Positions 18,050 to 27,488 of a stretch of 64,000 bases of DNA are shown piece after piece; the first letter of the stretch is position 1, and each line of letters starts with the position of its first letter. Under the pieces are notes generated by a model. That model saw nothing but the letters and a program-made list of their open reading frames with translations. It had not been told where the DNA came from and did not search any database. This stretch comes from an uncultured Gammaproteobacteria bacterium. GTDB lineage: Bacteria; Patescibacteriota; Microgenomatia; Levybacterales; UBA12049. A program made the translations under genes and the position numbers. Location: the NCBI GenBank assembly GCA_964553245.1, contig CAZKJM010000001.1, positions 447,555-511,554 of the forward strand, in the 5' to 3' direction.

Positions 18050-18412
18050 AGATGTCGAGCTATGAACTCGAGTCCAAGAAATTCGTTAAAAAACATCTAC
18101 AAGCTTATTCGATTTTTTAAATTTCGCTTTATTCTTATCCAATCGAAAGGAAAAAATAAAGTTAAGATTAAATAAATTCTATAAGGACCTAATCAACTTC
18201 CTTATTATTTCCCAAACTGTGTTTATGCCTAGATAATCCCGTTTAGGAAAAGATTAAATAGACAGTCTTTTAGTTATATGCGTATAAAGGCATATATGCC
18301 AATTGACTTCTAGAATTACTTCTAGCATTTATTTTTTGACTAGTTTAAAGACATTTAGTCGTTGTCTGCTTGCAGTTTTTAAAGTGCTTTCCTGTCGATG
18401 CAATGCATCCCC
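18047..18412 (-). ncRNA. ssrA: tmRNA
   Basis: 5' GGGGATG..TCGAC; 3' tRNA-Ala-like arm and CATCTCCA; tag frame 18326-18270; directly downstream of smpB. Confidence 0.9.
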
Positions 18413-18448
18413 ATTGAACAGGAATTATACCACTTTGAAGCTAAAGAG

Positions 18449-18889
18449 TCAAATTTTACCCCTCAATTCTTCTTCTATTTCTCGATTTAAATCCCGTCTT
18501 TTTATGGCTTCTTTTTTCTCGTATTTTTTCTTTCCCTTACCAAGTCCAAGCTCAACTTTTATAAAACCGTGCTTAATGTACATTGAAACAGGCACAATTG
18601 CAAGATTTTGTCCATCAGTTTTGCCTTTTAAGGCTGTGATTTCTGCTTTGTGAAGCAAAAGCTTTCTTGTTCTTGCCTGATCATAATCTTTAAGACTTGC
18701 GTATTCATATGGAAAAATTTTAGCATTAACTAAGTATGCTTCGCTTCCTTGAATCTTGACAAAGCTTCCTGTTAAATCCGCATGCCCATTTTTAACTGCT
18801 TTTACTTCATAGCCATACAAGTTTATTCCGGCTTCAATCCGGTCTTGAAGTGAATAATCATAGTTAGCGCGCTTATTAAGAATTCTCAT
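18449..18889 (-). CDS. smpB: SsrA-binding protein
   Basis: NKRANYDY..EAGINLYGYEVK..RTRKLLLHK..GKGKK.YEK. Confidence 0.97.
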   Translation of the reverse strand: MRILNKRANYDYSLQDRIEAGINLYGYEVKAVKNGHADLTGSFVKIQGSEAYLVNAKIFPYEYASLKDYDQARTRKLLLHKAEITALKGKTDGQNLAIVPVSMYIKHGFIKVELGLGKGKKKYEKKEAIKRRDLNREIEEELRGKI

Positions 18890-18937
18890 GGTTCGATTTC
18901 ACTCACCATAATACGGCAAAGAAAGGGAAAAGTAAAA

Positions 18938-20761
18938 TTATTTTAAATCTATTTCGTAGATTTTGCCGGAGGATAGCACCAGAACTTTTTTATCGTTTTC
19001 CAAAACTTCAAATTCTTTTGCAGAGGATAAAATATTTGATGAATATTGTTCTTTATAATTTCCATTTTTTTCTAAAACAACGATTCTTGAATTACCATTG
19101 TCTAAAACATAAACATAATCAGAATCTACGTCGGTATAAATTTTGCTAGGGTTGGAAAGCGGGGAATCAACCCCGGTTAAATTAAATGCGTCTGCCTTTC
19201 CTTTGGTGAATTTAAGAATTGTTCCATCAGAAAGAAGGATCCAGATTGATCCATCTATTGCAATTGATTTTGCATTTTTTAGATCTGGTTCGGAATCGGT
19301 AAAATAATTTATTTGTCCGAATCCCTCGGATCCTCCTACAAACTTTATAACCCCGCCTTTTGTTTTATCCAAAACATAAATGTTGCTTAAGTATGGAAAA
19401 ACTCCTACAGGGTTTTTCCAGTAATCTTCATTTTTGATGATTTCTTTTGTGTTTTCTTTTCCTTTGGTTGTAGAATAAACACCGTCTTTGTCTATGGAAT
19501 AAATATTACTACTGTCTTTTGCAAAAGCAACAGCTTTGGATTCTTCAACGAATTTTAAGAATTCACTTTGGTCTTTTCCAACCTCTTTTGCCTTAACAGT
19601 GTTTATCTTAGAGGTATTTTTAACGGATTCTTCTATTTTTACCAGTAATTCAAGAATTTGTTGTTCCTCTTTGGAATTTTTATCAAATTTTTCTTTTCCA
19701 TCTTCCAGGATTTTTTTAGCCGAAACAAAACTATCCCTTGCCAAATTCTGATTTAAGTCCTCAAGGCTTTTTCCTTCGTCGTATTTTTTAAGAGCAACAG
19801 GATAAACTTGTTCAAAAAGAGCTTTTGTTTTAGCTTCGTTTTGTTTATTAATTGCAAAAATAATACTCGTAATCAAAACAACCAAAATAATTACAGTAAT
19901 TGAAAGATACATTCTTTTTGAGTGACTTAAGCTTATTGGTTTTTTTGGAACGATTTTTTTAAGAAAGGATGCTAGGAAAACATTTACGCTTCCTAATATT
20001 GCAAACTTATTGTAAGAAACCGTTTTTACAGGAGCTTCTTTTATGAGCTCTTCTTCGAGTGTTCTGTCTTCTTCGGATTCTTTTTTGTACTCCTCTTCAG
20101 CGCTAACTTCTTGTTCATCTTTTGGAACTTCTTTAAAGCTCATAATTATAGAAGCTGCTCCGCCTTCGTTGTGTCTGTGAATAATCGGCGCTAAAGTTTC
20201 AGCTATTTCATTTGGCGGGAGATTGTCCAAAATAGATGTTAATTTTTCTGAGGGGACAAGGTTTGAAAATTGGTTTGTTTCCAAAATCACAATATCGTTT
20301 TCCATAACATAACCTGACGCGCCTTTAATATTATTCTCCTCGTCTTTTGCTAGATTAAGGATTAGTCCGAAATTATTGTTTCTTTTTAAATAAATTTTTC
20401 CAGAGCCGAATACAAAAACATATAAAACGTTTTTTGCCAATGAGGTAATTACAAAAGAAGATCGTATGTTCTCCGGAATTTTTTTTGAGGTTGCTATGAT
20501 GGCATTTTTTACCGAATCAAGATTTTTATCTTCTAAGGCAAAATACTCGCTTTCTAGAGTGTCTAAGACTTCTTTTCCCAAAATTGCCAGAAAATCTTTA
20601 TCTTCTATTTTATCTTCTAAGGATTCTTCTGGATTTTCACCCTTTGTCTCTTTTTCTAAAGAAATAACTGCAAAAAGTTTCCCTGCATTGTATGCTTGTG
20701 CCCAAGAAGTAGTGTTTGGATTAGCAACTATTTTTGCAAAATTTATATTCGAGTCAGGCAT
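18938..20761 (-). CDS. Conserved CPR single-pass protein: PP2C-like N-terminal domain, TM helix, helical region, NHL-like beta-propeller
   Basis: N-terminal LYVFVFGSG.IYLKR..GASGY..NDIVILET; TM at about aa 290; YVYVLDNGNSRIVV repeats. Confidence 0.65.
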   Translation of the reverse strand: MPDSNINFAKIVANPNTTSWAQAYNAGKLFAVISLEKETKGENPEESLEDKIEDKDFLAILGKEVLDTLESEYFALEDKNLDSVKNAIIATSKKIPENIRSSFVITSLAKNVLYVFVFGSGKIYLKRNNNFGLILNLAKDEENNIKGASGYVMENDIVILETNQFSNLVPSEKLTSILDNLPPNEIAETLAPIIHRHNEGGAASIIMSFKEVPKDEQEVSAEEEYKKESEEDRTLEEELIKEAPVKTVSYNKFAILGSVNVFLASFLKKIVPKKPISLSHSKRMYLSITVIILVVLITSIIFAINKQNEAKTKALFEQVYPVALKKYDEGKSLEDLNQNLARDSFVSAKKILEDGKEKFDKNSKEEQQILELLVKIEESVKNTSKINTVKAKEVGKDQSEFLKFVEESKAVAFAKDSSNIYSIDKDGVYSTTKGKENTKEIIKNEDYWKNPVGVFPYLSNIYVLDKTKGGVIKFVGGSEGFGQINYFTDSEPDLKNAKSIAIDGSIWILLSDGTILKFTKGKADAFNLTGVDSPLSNPSKIYTDVDSDYVYVLDNGNSRIVVLEKNGNYKEQYSSNILSSAKEFEVLENDKKVLVLSSGKIYEIDLK

Positions 20762-20765
20762 TAAT

Positions 20766-21002
20766 TTATAATATAACAATTGCTGTTAAGAAAAGCAAAA
20801 TCGCAAAAATAATATTAATCAAAGAAATTAAAACTAAAATGAATGATGACTGGGATTGTTCAACGACATTGTTCATAATTTTTACCCTTTTAAAAATAAT
20901 AAAAGAAAAAACGACATAAAAAAAGATCAGGATTACGATCCCAATTTTTATAAAAACAAACGGGTTTTGAAATGGATATAATATTATTTGTTCACTCTGC
21001 AT
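20766..21002 (-). CDS. Small two-TM membrane protein (DUF5657-like)
   Basis: FYVVFSFIIFKRVKIMN motif; operon position. Confidence 0.65.
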   Translation of the reverse strand: MQSEQIILYPFQNPFVFIKIGIVILIFFYVVFSFIIFKRVKIMNNVVEQSQSSFILVLISLINIIFAILLFLTAIVIL

Positions 21003-21768
21003 CGGAAGATCCTCCTATTAAGTCTTCTAAAATATTAACAACTCTTTCTGGTTTTGGAATAGAGATAAAATCAAATCTTAAAGATTTTCCTGCGGTTTCT
21101 GCGTATACATTGCCAAATCCAAAAAAAGACCCAAAAAAACCTGACTGAACATAATTAACACTCTCGATTAGGTTAAGTTTTGTCATTGAAACATCATGAT
21201 AAATAACATCTTGAAAGCAAATATCAACGAGCTTTTTGTTTGTTATAAGAGAAACATTGTAATACCAAGTAATAAAGTTAATAAACATGTAGGCAAAAAC
21301 AATTAGGTAGTAAAAAGAAATATAAATTAAAAGACTTGATGAAGAAATCGAAAAAATAAATGATATATCAGTGAGGTTAAACACAAAAGCTATTAGGAAT
21401 GGAGAAATAAGCAGAATAATACTTAAAAATACCCACGGGGTATTGGTGATAAAATGCCTTCTTAAGAGCAGTAAAATTTCCTCATCCTCATCTTGTTCGT
21501 TGTAGTGTAGTCCTCTTGGGTTTACTCTAAAAGCACTAAGTAATCCCGGAGGATTAGAGATTTTGGTTTTCTCAATTTTTTTCGAGGTTGTTTTTTTACC
21601 TGAGATGTCATCCAGTAATTTGCTAGAATGAATGTGCTTAGCAGTATTATCTAAAACTTCTTTTCCGTGAAGCATCACAGAATGTTCTTCTTCTTTAATT
21701 AATTTTCTTTTGGATTCCCTTTTTAGTTCATCTGGTTCTTTTTTATTTGCTATGAATATGTCTGGCAT
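20992..21768 (-). CDS. Membrane protein with bacterial PH domain
   Basis: QDEDEEILLLLRRH, two TM helices, ITNKKLVD, FGFGNVYAETAG. Start moved to ATG 21768. Confidence 0.75.
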   Translation of the reverse strand: MPDIFIANKKEPDELKRESKRKLIKEEEHSVMLHGKEVLDNTAKHIHSSKLLDDISGKKTTSKKIEKTKISNPPGLLSAFRVNPRGLHYNEQDEDEEILLLLRRHFITNTPWVFLSIILLISPFLIAFVFNLTDISFIFSISSSSLLIYISFYYLIVFAYMFINFITWYYNVSLITNKKLVDICFQDVIYHDVSMTKLNLIESVNYVQSGFFGSFFGFGNVYAETAGKSLRFDFISIPKPERVVNILEDLIGGSSDAE

Positions 21769-21811
21769 ATGATTAAATTTTAAATTCAAAATTTTTATTT
21801 CCAAATCGGTT

Positions 21812-23509
21812 TTATCGTCTTTCCACATTATACAACGGTCCGACAATTTGAATATTCGCAGGAGCTCTTAAGTTAAACCAATTTTTAAATTCAGAAGCAT
21901 CAAATGATTTTGAACCCGCGTCCCCAGAGAGGTTTATTGAATTTGTTTTTCCCGATCCGAAATCAACGCTTACAGAGACATCAGAGATGCTATTAAACGG
22001 TGTAATTCCTTTTGTTTTTAACTCCTGTTTTACTCGATCTTCGTTCCAGACTTCGCCTCCATAGGGATGTGACTTATCTGTTTGATAAAGATGATCGCTA
22101 GATGATGAATCTGCTTTTGCCAAGAGGATTACATTGACAATATCAGCAACTTCCGTTTGTTTTAACCAAGCTGTTTTATTGTAATTTGCCCTAGACCCCC
22201 AGTCGCAATAAAACCAGGGAGATTCTTTATCATAGGCGCGTTCATTTAATTCTGCAAAGCTTGTTGGGTTACCCCCAGATCCATCAAACTTACCTAAATT
22301 TTGAATATATCCTCCGTGAGTTGATGCATATTGCGTAAATCCTGGAGATCCACCGTCTATAAGGACCCAGCCTTTAGTTGACTCAACCGCTGTTTCCCAA
22401 TTGCCGCCTTTTGGATCCGGCTTAAAAACTTGGCATTGTTCGGTTGTACAAATTTGATTTGCTCCGTTATTGGTTGATCGAAGGGCGTAAGTTCTGGCGG
22501 CTACAGCTTGCGCTTTTAACACAGCTAAATTATTGTCTGTCCATGAATCAGGAACTTCGTAAATTCTTTTTACATAATCCTCAATTGATCCGGACCAACC
22601 GGTAGTCGTTGTTATTTGAATATTTTGATCATAATCCTTTCTAAGCGTCATTCCCGGATAATATTCCTGAAGAATTTGCTCTTCATTTTGTCCTGATTTT
22701 GCTCTTCCCCAAGCGCCATATTGATTTAATCCATTCCTATGTGGTGCTCCATAAGTAAAAAACGCAATCCTTGGAGAAAACCCTGGATCGATATCTCGAT
22801 CATCAGTACATCCACGCGCAGAGGTACCTGCAGATCTTGGAATATTAAGGCTTCCTAATTTTTGTGCCAATAATTGTTTTTGTTTTTCGGAAAGTTCGGC
22901 GATTTGTGAAGATAATTTAGACTGATATTCTTTTGCCCCACTCACTACTTTGTCCAGCTTTGCAGATTGTTCATCTAAATTTGTCCTTGCTAGGGTAAGA
23001 CGTTTTTGCTCATCTTCAAGCTGCAGCTTTTTTGTTTCCAAGTCTTCTATTACCAAAGCGATGTTGGTAATAATCAACTTATCTTGATCTGTTGCTGCTT
23101 TTTGATACGCTAAAATCTGCGTTATATCGGAAGCCTTCGAGGAAGAAAGAAATATTAAAATAGGAGAATAATAATAGCTTTTAATATAATAATCGTTTAT
23201 TGCCTTATAAAGAATTTTTTCTTGTTTTTCCAAATCCTTGTAGCCTTGATCTATTTTTATTTTTTTATTAGCAACGTCACTTTCTATAGCTGTAATTCTT
23301 GTTTTTATGCCGTCAATTTCTTTTTTTAAACTATTTAATTCCGATTCAAGCGGCTGTGTTGCTTTAACAGATTGATCCAAAGCTGCGGTCAAGTCATTTA
23401 TTTGTTTTGTAATATCATCTAACTCATCGGAAAAAGTTTTGGGTAAGTTATTAAAGACAAGCGTAATCACTAGTAATAAAAAGAAGAATATTGAAAGGAG
23501 TTTTTTCAT
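21812..23509 (-). CDS. Secreted coiled-coil plus SpoIID/LytB peptidoglycan lytic transglycosylase
   Basis: Signal peptide, long coiled coil, H..GLNQYGA, YEVPDSW, LKAQAVAARTYA, CQVF. Confidence 0.85.
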   Translation of the reverse strand: MKKLLSIFFFLLLVITLVFNNLPKTFSDELDDITKQINDLTAALDQSVKATQPLESELNSLKKEIDGIKTRITAIESDVANKKIKIDQGYKDLEKQEKILYKAINDYYIKSYYYSPILIFLSSSKASDITQILAYQKAATDQDKLIITNIALVIEDLETKKLQLEDEQKRLTLARTNLDEQSAKLDKVVSGAKEYQSKLSSQIAELSEKQKQLLAQKLGSLNIPRSAGTSARGCTDDRDIDPGFSPRIAFFTYGAPHRNGLNQYGAWGRAKSGQNEEQILQEYYPGMTLRKDYDQNIQITTTTGWSGSIEDYVKRIYEVPDSWTDNNLAVLKAQAVAARTYALRSTNNGANQICTTEQCQVFKPDPKGGNWETAVESTKGWVLIDGGSPGFTQYASTHGGYIQNLGKFDGSGGNPTSFAELNERAYDKESPWFYCDWGSRANYNKTAWLKQTEVADIVNVILLAKADSSSSDHLYQTDKSHPYGGEVWNEDRVKQELKTKGITPFNSISDVSVSVDFGSGKTNSINLSGDAGSKSFDASEFKNWFNLRAPANIQIVGPLYNVERR

Positions 23510-23577
23510 GGCTATGTAATTATAACAGATATAATTATGCCCTATTTCTTTTTTAAAAAAACTGTTATCATTTTTTA

Positions 23578-23832
23578 ATGAGCAAAAGGCAAAACTCCTT
23601 TTTAAACGTACTTTCTCAATTCTTACTGCCCTTTTTTACCGTATTGGGATTTTTGTTTACATCTTTTAAGATTCCTCAATGGGGATTAATCTTTAATCTT
23701 ATTGCTCAAGTTTTTTGGTTGTATTCCGGATGGCAAGCTTGGAAAAAAGCAAATCAAATCGGAATATTTATTGCTTCAGTAATGATCACAATAATTGTTG
23801 CATACGGGGTTTTAAATTATTGGGTTTTTTAA
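23578..23832 (+). CDS. Small three-TM membrane protein
   Basis: Hydrophobic ORF filling the intergenic space. Confidence 0.6.
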   Translation: MSKRQNSFLNVLSQFLLPFFTVLGFLFTSFKIPQWGLIFNLIAQVFWLYSGWQAWKKANQIGIFIASVMITIIVAYGVLNYWVF

Positions 23833-23889
23833 CAACGTCTTCTTGAAAAAAGGATTTTTTATGCTATACTGCTTGTAGATTTAGGGGTT

Positions 23890-24477
23890 ATGGAAGATAC
23901 TGTATTTCAGGAACCTTCTCAGACATTTCCTGCTCCCCGAAGACGAAATCAAAAACGCCTAGCTCTTTTTATTGTTGCGGTTTTAATTATTGTCATTTTT
24001 ACGATATTTATCTCTTTAGCAAACTCCGGCAAGCAAAATCAAAATGAGGAAAAACTGACACCAACTCCTACGGTTGAAAAAATAACAGATACACCTACTC
24101 CAACCCCGGAGGAAGAAACCACTCCAACTCCTGAAGAAACAAAAACCCCAACCCCAAAACCTACCAATAATCCGATTGATAAAACAACAGGACTTGATAG
24201 AAGTGAGTTATCGGTTGCGGTGGAAAACGGAAGTGGGGAAGCAGGTGTTGCTGGTAAGGCAGCGGGAATCTTAAAAGAGTTAGGTTATAAAATTGCATCT
24301 ACAGGAAACGCGGATAATTACGACTATCAGAACGTGACAATAAAAGTAAAAAGCAGCAAAAGTGATTACATAACTCTTTTAAAAACCGATTTGGGGAAAA
24401 ACTATACAGTTGGCGAAGCTTCAAGCGATCTCTCCGCATCGGTTTCCGCAGATGCTTTGGTTATTGTTGGAAAGTAA
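23890..24477 (+). CDS. LytR C-terminal domain protein with a Pro/Thr-rich stalk
   Basis: TM helix, TPTP repeats, V.VENGSGEAGVAG..GNAD..VIVGK. Confidence 0.85.
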   Translation: MEDTVFQEPSQTFPAPRRRNQKRLALFIVAVLIIVIFTIFISLANSGKQNQNEEKLTPTPTVEKITDTPTPTPEEETTPTPEETKTPTPKPTNNPIDKTTGLDRSELSVAVENGSGEAGVAGKAAGILKELGYKIASTGNADNYDYQNVTIKVKSSKSDYITLLKTDLGKNYTVGEASSDLSASVSADALVIVGK

Positions 24478-24531
24478 AAAACAAACAACTTTACTATTGC
24501 CCAAAAACAATCTTTGAAGTATAAATAAGAT

Positions 24532-25482
24532 ATGAATAATGTATTTGATCTTATTGCCGTTGGCAATGCTACAGTTGATCTTTTTTTAACAATTCACGAC
24601 GAGAACAAGCACTTTCATTTAAACGAAGAAAAAGAACTTTGTGTAAAATACGCAGACAAAATATTGGTTGATAATGCCAAGTTTTTACTTGGCGGAAACG
24701 CATGTAACGTTGCGGTTGGACTTAAGAGGTTAGGGTTTAAAACAGCAATTGTCGCAGAAATAGGACAAGATGAATTTTCCAAAAAAATAATGAATGGTCT
24801 TAAAAAAGAAGAGGTAGATGATAGTTTAATTATAAAATCAAACAATGAAATATCGCCGTTCTCGATAATTTTAAACTACAAAAAAGAAAGGACAATTTTT
24901 TCCGAAAATACGGAAAAAGACCACGATTTCGATTTTAAGGATTTTTCCTCCAACTTTATTTATTTAACTTCTCTTGGAAAAAAATGGATGGATGCTTATG
25001 ATAAAACATTGGATTTTGCAAAAAGAAAAAATGCAAAAATAATTTTTAATCCCGGAACGCCGCAAATAGATGCCGGAGAAAATCATATTTCAAAAATTTT
25101 AGAAAATACGGATATTTTAATAGTTAACAAAGAAGAAGCAGAGAAAATAGTAAATACTGATAAAGAAGCAATGAAGGACTTATTAAGGAGATTAAAAGAG
25201 CATGGTCCGAGAATTGTGGCAATAACAGATGGGCTTAATGGAGCATACTGTATAGATGAAAATGAACAAATTTATTACCAGCCAATAACAGAAGCAGAAA
25301 TTGTGGAAAGAACCGGGGCTGGAGACTCTTTTTCTTCTGGTTTTGTTGCAGCGTTAATGCATAAAAAAACCATAAAAGAAGCGATGCATTGGGGAAGCCA
25401 TAATGCAGCATCTGTAGTTAGAAAAGTTGGCGCACAACAGGGATTATTAAAAAAATTAGAAATGGAAGAGCTGCTAAAATGA
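24532..25482 (+). CDS. PfkB-family carbohydrate kinase
   Basis: GGNACNVAVGL, NPG, ERTGAGDSF. Confidence 0.92.
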   Translation: MNNVFDLIAVGNATVDLFLTIHDENKHFHLNEEKELCVKYADKILVDNAKFLLGGNACNVAVGLKRLGFKTAIVAEIGQDEFSKKIMNGLKKEEVDDSLIIKSNNEISPFSIILNYKKERTIFSENTEKDHDFDFKDFSSNFIYLTSLGKKWMDAYDKTLDFAKRKNAKIIFNPGTPQIDAGENHISKILENTDILIVNKEEAEKIVNTDKEAMKDLLRRLKEHGPRIVAITDGLNGAYCIDENEQIYYQPITEAEIVERTGAGDSFSSGFVAALMHKKTIKEAMHWGSHNAASVVRKVGAQQGLLKKLEMEELLK

Positions 25483-26408
25483 TAGACCTTTCAAAATTAG
25501 GATATAACAAACCTCTTTTTATTTTACCCTTTGATCATAGAGCCTCATTTATAAAAGGGATTTTTGGAGATGAGGTTAAAGAAATCAACAATGTTCAAAA
25601 ACAAAAAATTATTGAAGAAAAACAAATGATATACGAAGCATTTAAAAAAGCGATTTTGGAAAAAATTCCAAAAGAAAATGCAGCAATTTTGGTTGATGAA
25701 GAATTCGGTGATTTGATTTTGCAGGACGCGGTTAAAAATAATTTTAACACTTGTCTTACAACAGAAAAAAGCGGACAGGAAATTTTTGATTTTGAATACG
25801 GAGACAAATTTCCTGAACATATAAAAAAATACAATCCAAAATTTGTTAAAGCGCTAATAAGATATAACCCTGAGGGAGAGGTAGAGGTAAATAAAAATCA
25901 AGAAGAAAAATTAAGACTACTTAATAATTATTGTCATAACGAAGGTTATTTATTTTTGCTGGAAGTTTTAATTCCTCCAACAAAAAACCAATTAGAAAAA
26001 ACTGGTGGAAATTTAATTGTTTACGAAGAAAGCGTAAAGCCAGAATTAGCTTTAAGAATGATTGATTTACTAAGAAAAGCAAGTATTGAGCCGGATGTTT
26101 GGAAGCTTGAGGGTTTAAGCTCTAAGAAAAATTACGAAAAAACTTGTTTAAAAATCAAAGAGGGAAATAGGAAAAACGTTTCGGTAGTAATTTTAGGAAG
26201 AGGAGAAAAGAAAGAGCTGGTTGATAAATGGATAGTTCAGGGCGCAAGAGAAAAGGGAGTAATAGGTTTTGCGATTGGAAGAACAGTTTTTTGGCAGCCA
26301 TTAGTAAGTTACAGAAATAAAAATTTAACAAAAGAAGAAGCAATAGATATAATAAGTAGTAATTATCAATACTATTACCAATTATTTATTGATAATAAAA
26401 ATCTATGA
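25479..26408 (+). CDS. DUF2090 / IolC-associated class I aldolase-like protein
   Basis: ILPFDHR, VKALIRYNP, PDVWKLEG, LGRG, GFAIGRT. Confidence 0.8.
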   Translation: MIDLSKLGYNKPLFILPFDHRASFIKGIFGDEVKEINNVQKQKIIEEKQMIYEAFKKAILEKIPKENAAILVDEEFGDLILQDAVKNNFNTCLTTEKSGQEIFDFEYGDKFPEHIKKYNPKFVKALIRYNPEGEVEVNKNQEEKLRLLNNYCHNEGYLFLLEVLIPPTKNQLEKTGGNLIVYEESVKPELALRMIDLLRKASIEPDVWKLEGLSSKKNYEKTCLKIKEGNRKNVSVVILGRGEKKELVDKWIVQGAREKGVIGFAIGRTVFWQPLVSYRNKNLTKEEAIDIISSNYQYYYQLFIDNKNL

Positions 26409-26854
26409 AGATTTTTTTAGCAGCAGACCACGCAGGATTTGAGTTAAAAGAAGAGGTAAAAAAATATTTACTGGAAAAAGGAATAACTATTGAGGATTGC
26501 GGTGCAGAAATATTCCATCCGGAAGATGATTACCCTGATTTTGTCCAATTAGCTGCAAGAAAAGTTGCTGAAAATTCAAAATCAATGGGAATTGTTTTTG
26601 GAAAATCAGGAGCAGGAGAGGCAATTGTTGCCAATAAAATAAAAGGAATAAGAGCAATTCTAGGGTTTAACAAGGAGAACGTTATCCTTTCAAGACAGCA
26701 TAATGATGCAAACGTGCTTTCCTTGGGCTCTCAATTCGTTTCAAAAGACGAGGTAAAAGAATTAGTTGACTTTTTTTTAAACACGCCTTTTTCCAATGAA
26801 GATCGCCACAAAAGAAGAATCGAAAAAATAACAGAAATAGAAAAAGAGTCATAA
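26405..26854 (+). CDS. rpiB: Ribose-5-phosphate isomerase B
   Basis: ADHAGFELK, DDYPDF, ANKIKGIRA, RQHNDANVL, RH.RRI. Confidence 0.93.
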   Translation: MKIFLAADHAGFELKEEVKKYLLEKGITIEDCGAEIFHPEDDYPDFVQLAARKVAENSKSMGIVFGKSGAGEAIVANKIKGIRAILGFNKENVILSRQHNDANVLSLGSQFVSKDEVKELVDFFLNTPFSNEDRHKRRIEKITEIEKES

Positions 26855-26858
26855 GTAT

Positions 26859-27488
26859 ATGTGGGAAATTATTCCTGGAATATTGGAAAAAGACTGGAAT
26901 TCAATTGAGGGAAAGATAGGGCTTATTAAGTCTTTTGCAAAGACAATACAAATAGATGTTATTGATGGAAAATTTGCGCCAAACGCTACTTTTTTAGACC
27001 CAAAACCATTTAAAAAATATTCTGGCGACATTTTTTTTGAAGTTCAACTAATGGTTGAAAACCCACTGGATTACATAGAAAATTTTGCAAACGCAGGTTT
27101 TAAAAGATTTATAGGCCAAATAGAAGAAATGCCGGATCAAAAAACCTTTATCGATTTTGCGAAAAAATTTGGAGAAGCAGGATTAGCAATTGATGCTCAA
27201 ACGTCATTGGATAACATAAAGGTGGATTTTAATTACCCTGACTGTTTTACATTAATGAGCGTTAAAGCTGGTTTTTCGGGGCAACTGTTTATTTCATCTG
27301 TCTTGGAAAAGACAAAAGCCTTAAGAGAAAAAACTTTAAAGCCAATAGAGATAGACGGTGGGATAAATAGAAGTACAATAAGAGGGGTTAAAGAATTTGG
27401 CGCAAACAGATGTGTGGTAAATAGTGCATTATTTAAAGCAAATAATTTAAAAAATGAATTTGAAAACCTTCGTGATTTATCATTTTAG
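26859..27488 (+). CDS. rpe: Ribulose-phosphate 3-epimerase-like protein (His ligands replaced by Gln)
   Basis: IIPGIL, QIDVIDG.F, EVQLMV, MSVKAGFSGQ, EIDGGIN. Confidence 0.8.
   Translation: MWEIIPGILEKDWNSIEGKIGLIKSFAKTIQIDVIDGKFAPNATFLDPKPFKKYSGDIFFEVQLMVENPLDYIENFANAGFKRFIGQIEEMPDQKTFIDFAKKFGEAGLAIDAQTSLDNIKVDFNYPDCFTLMSVKAGFSGQLFISSVLEKTKALREKTLKPIEIDGGINRSTIRGVKEFGANRCVVNSALFKANNLKNEFENLRDLSF

Noticed and set aside
18303-18653. 116-aa + strand ORF
   Set aside because: It is antisense to tmRNA and smpB
24055-24165. Pro/Thr repeat DNA
   Set aside because: It is explained by the TPTP protein linker of the LytR_C protein
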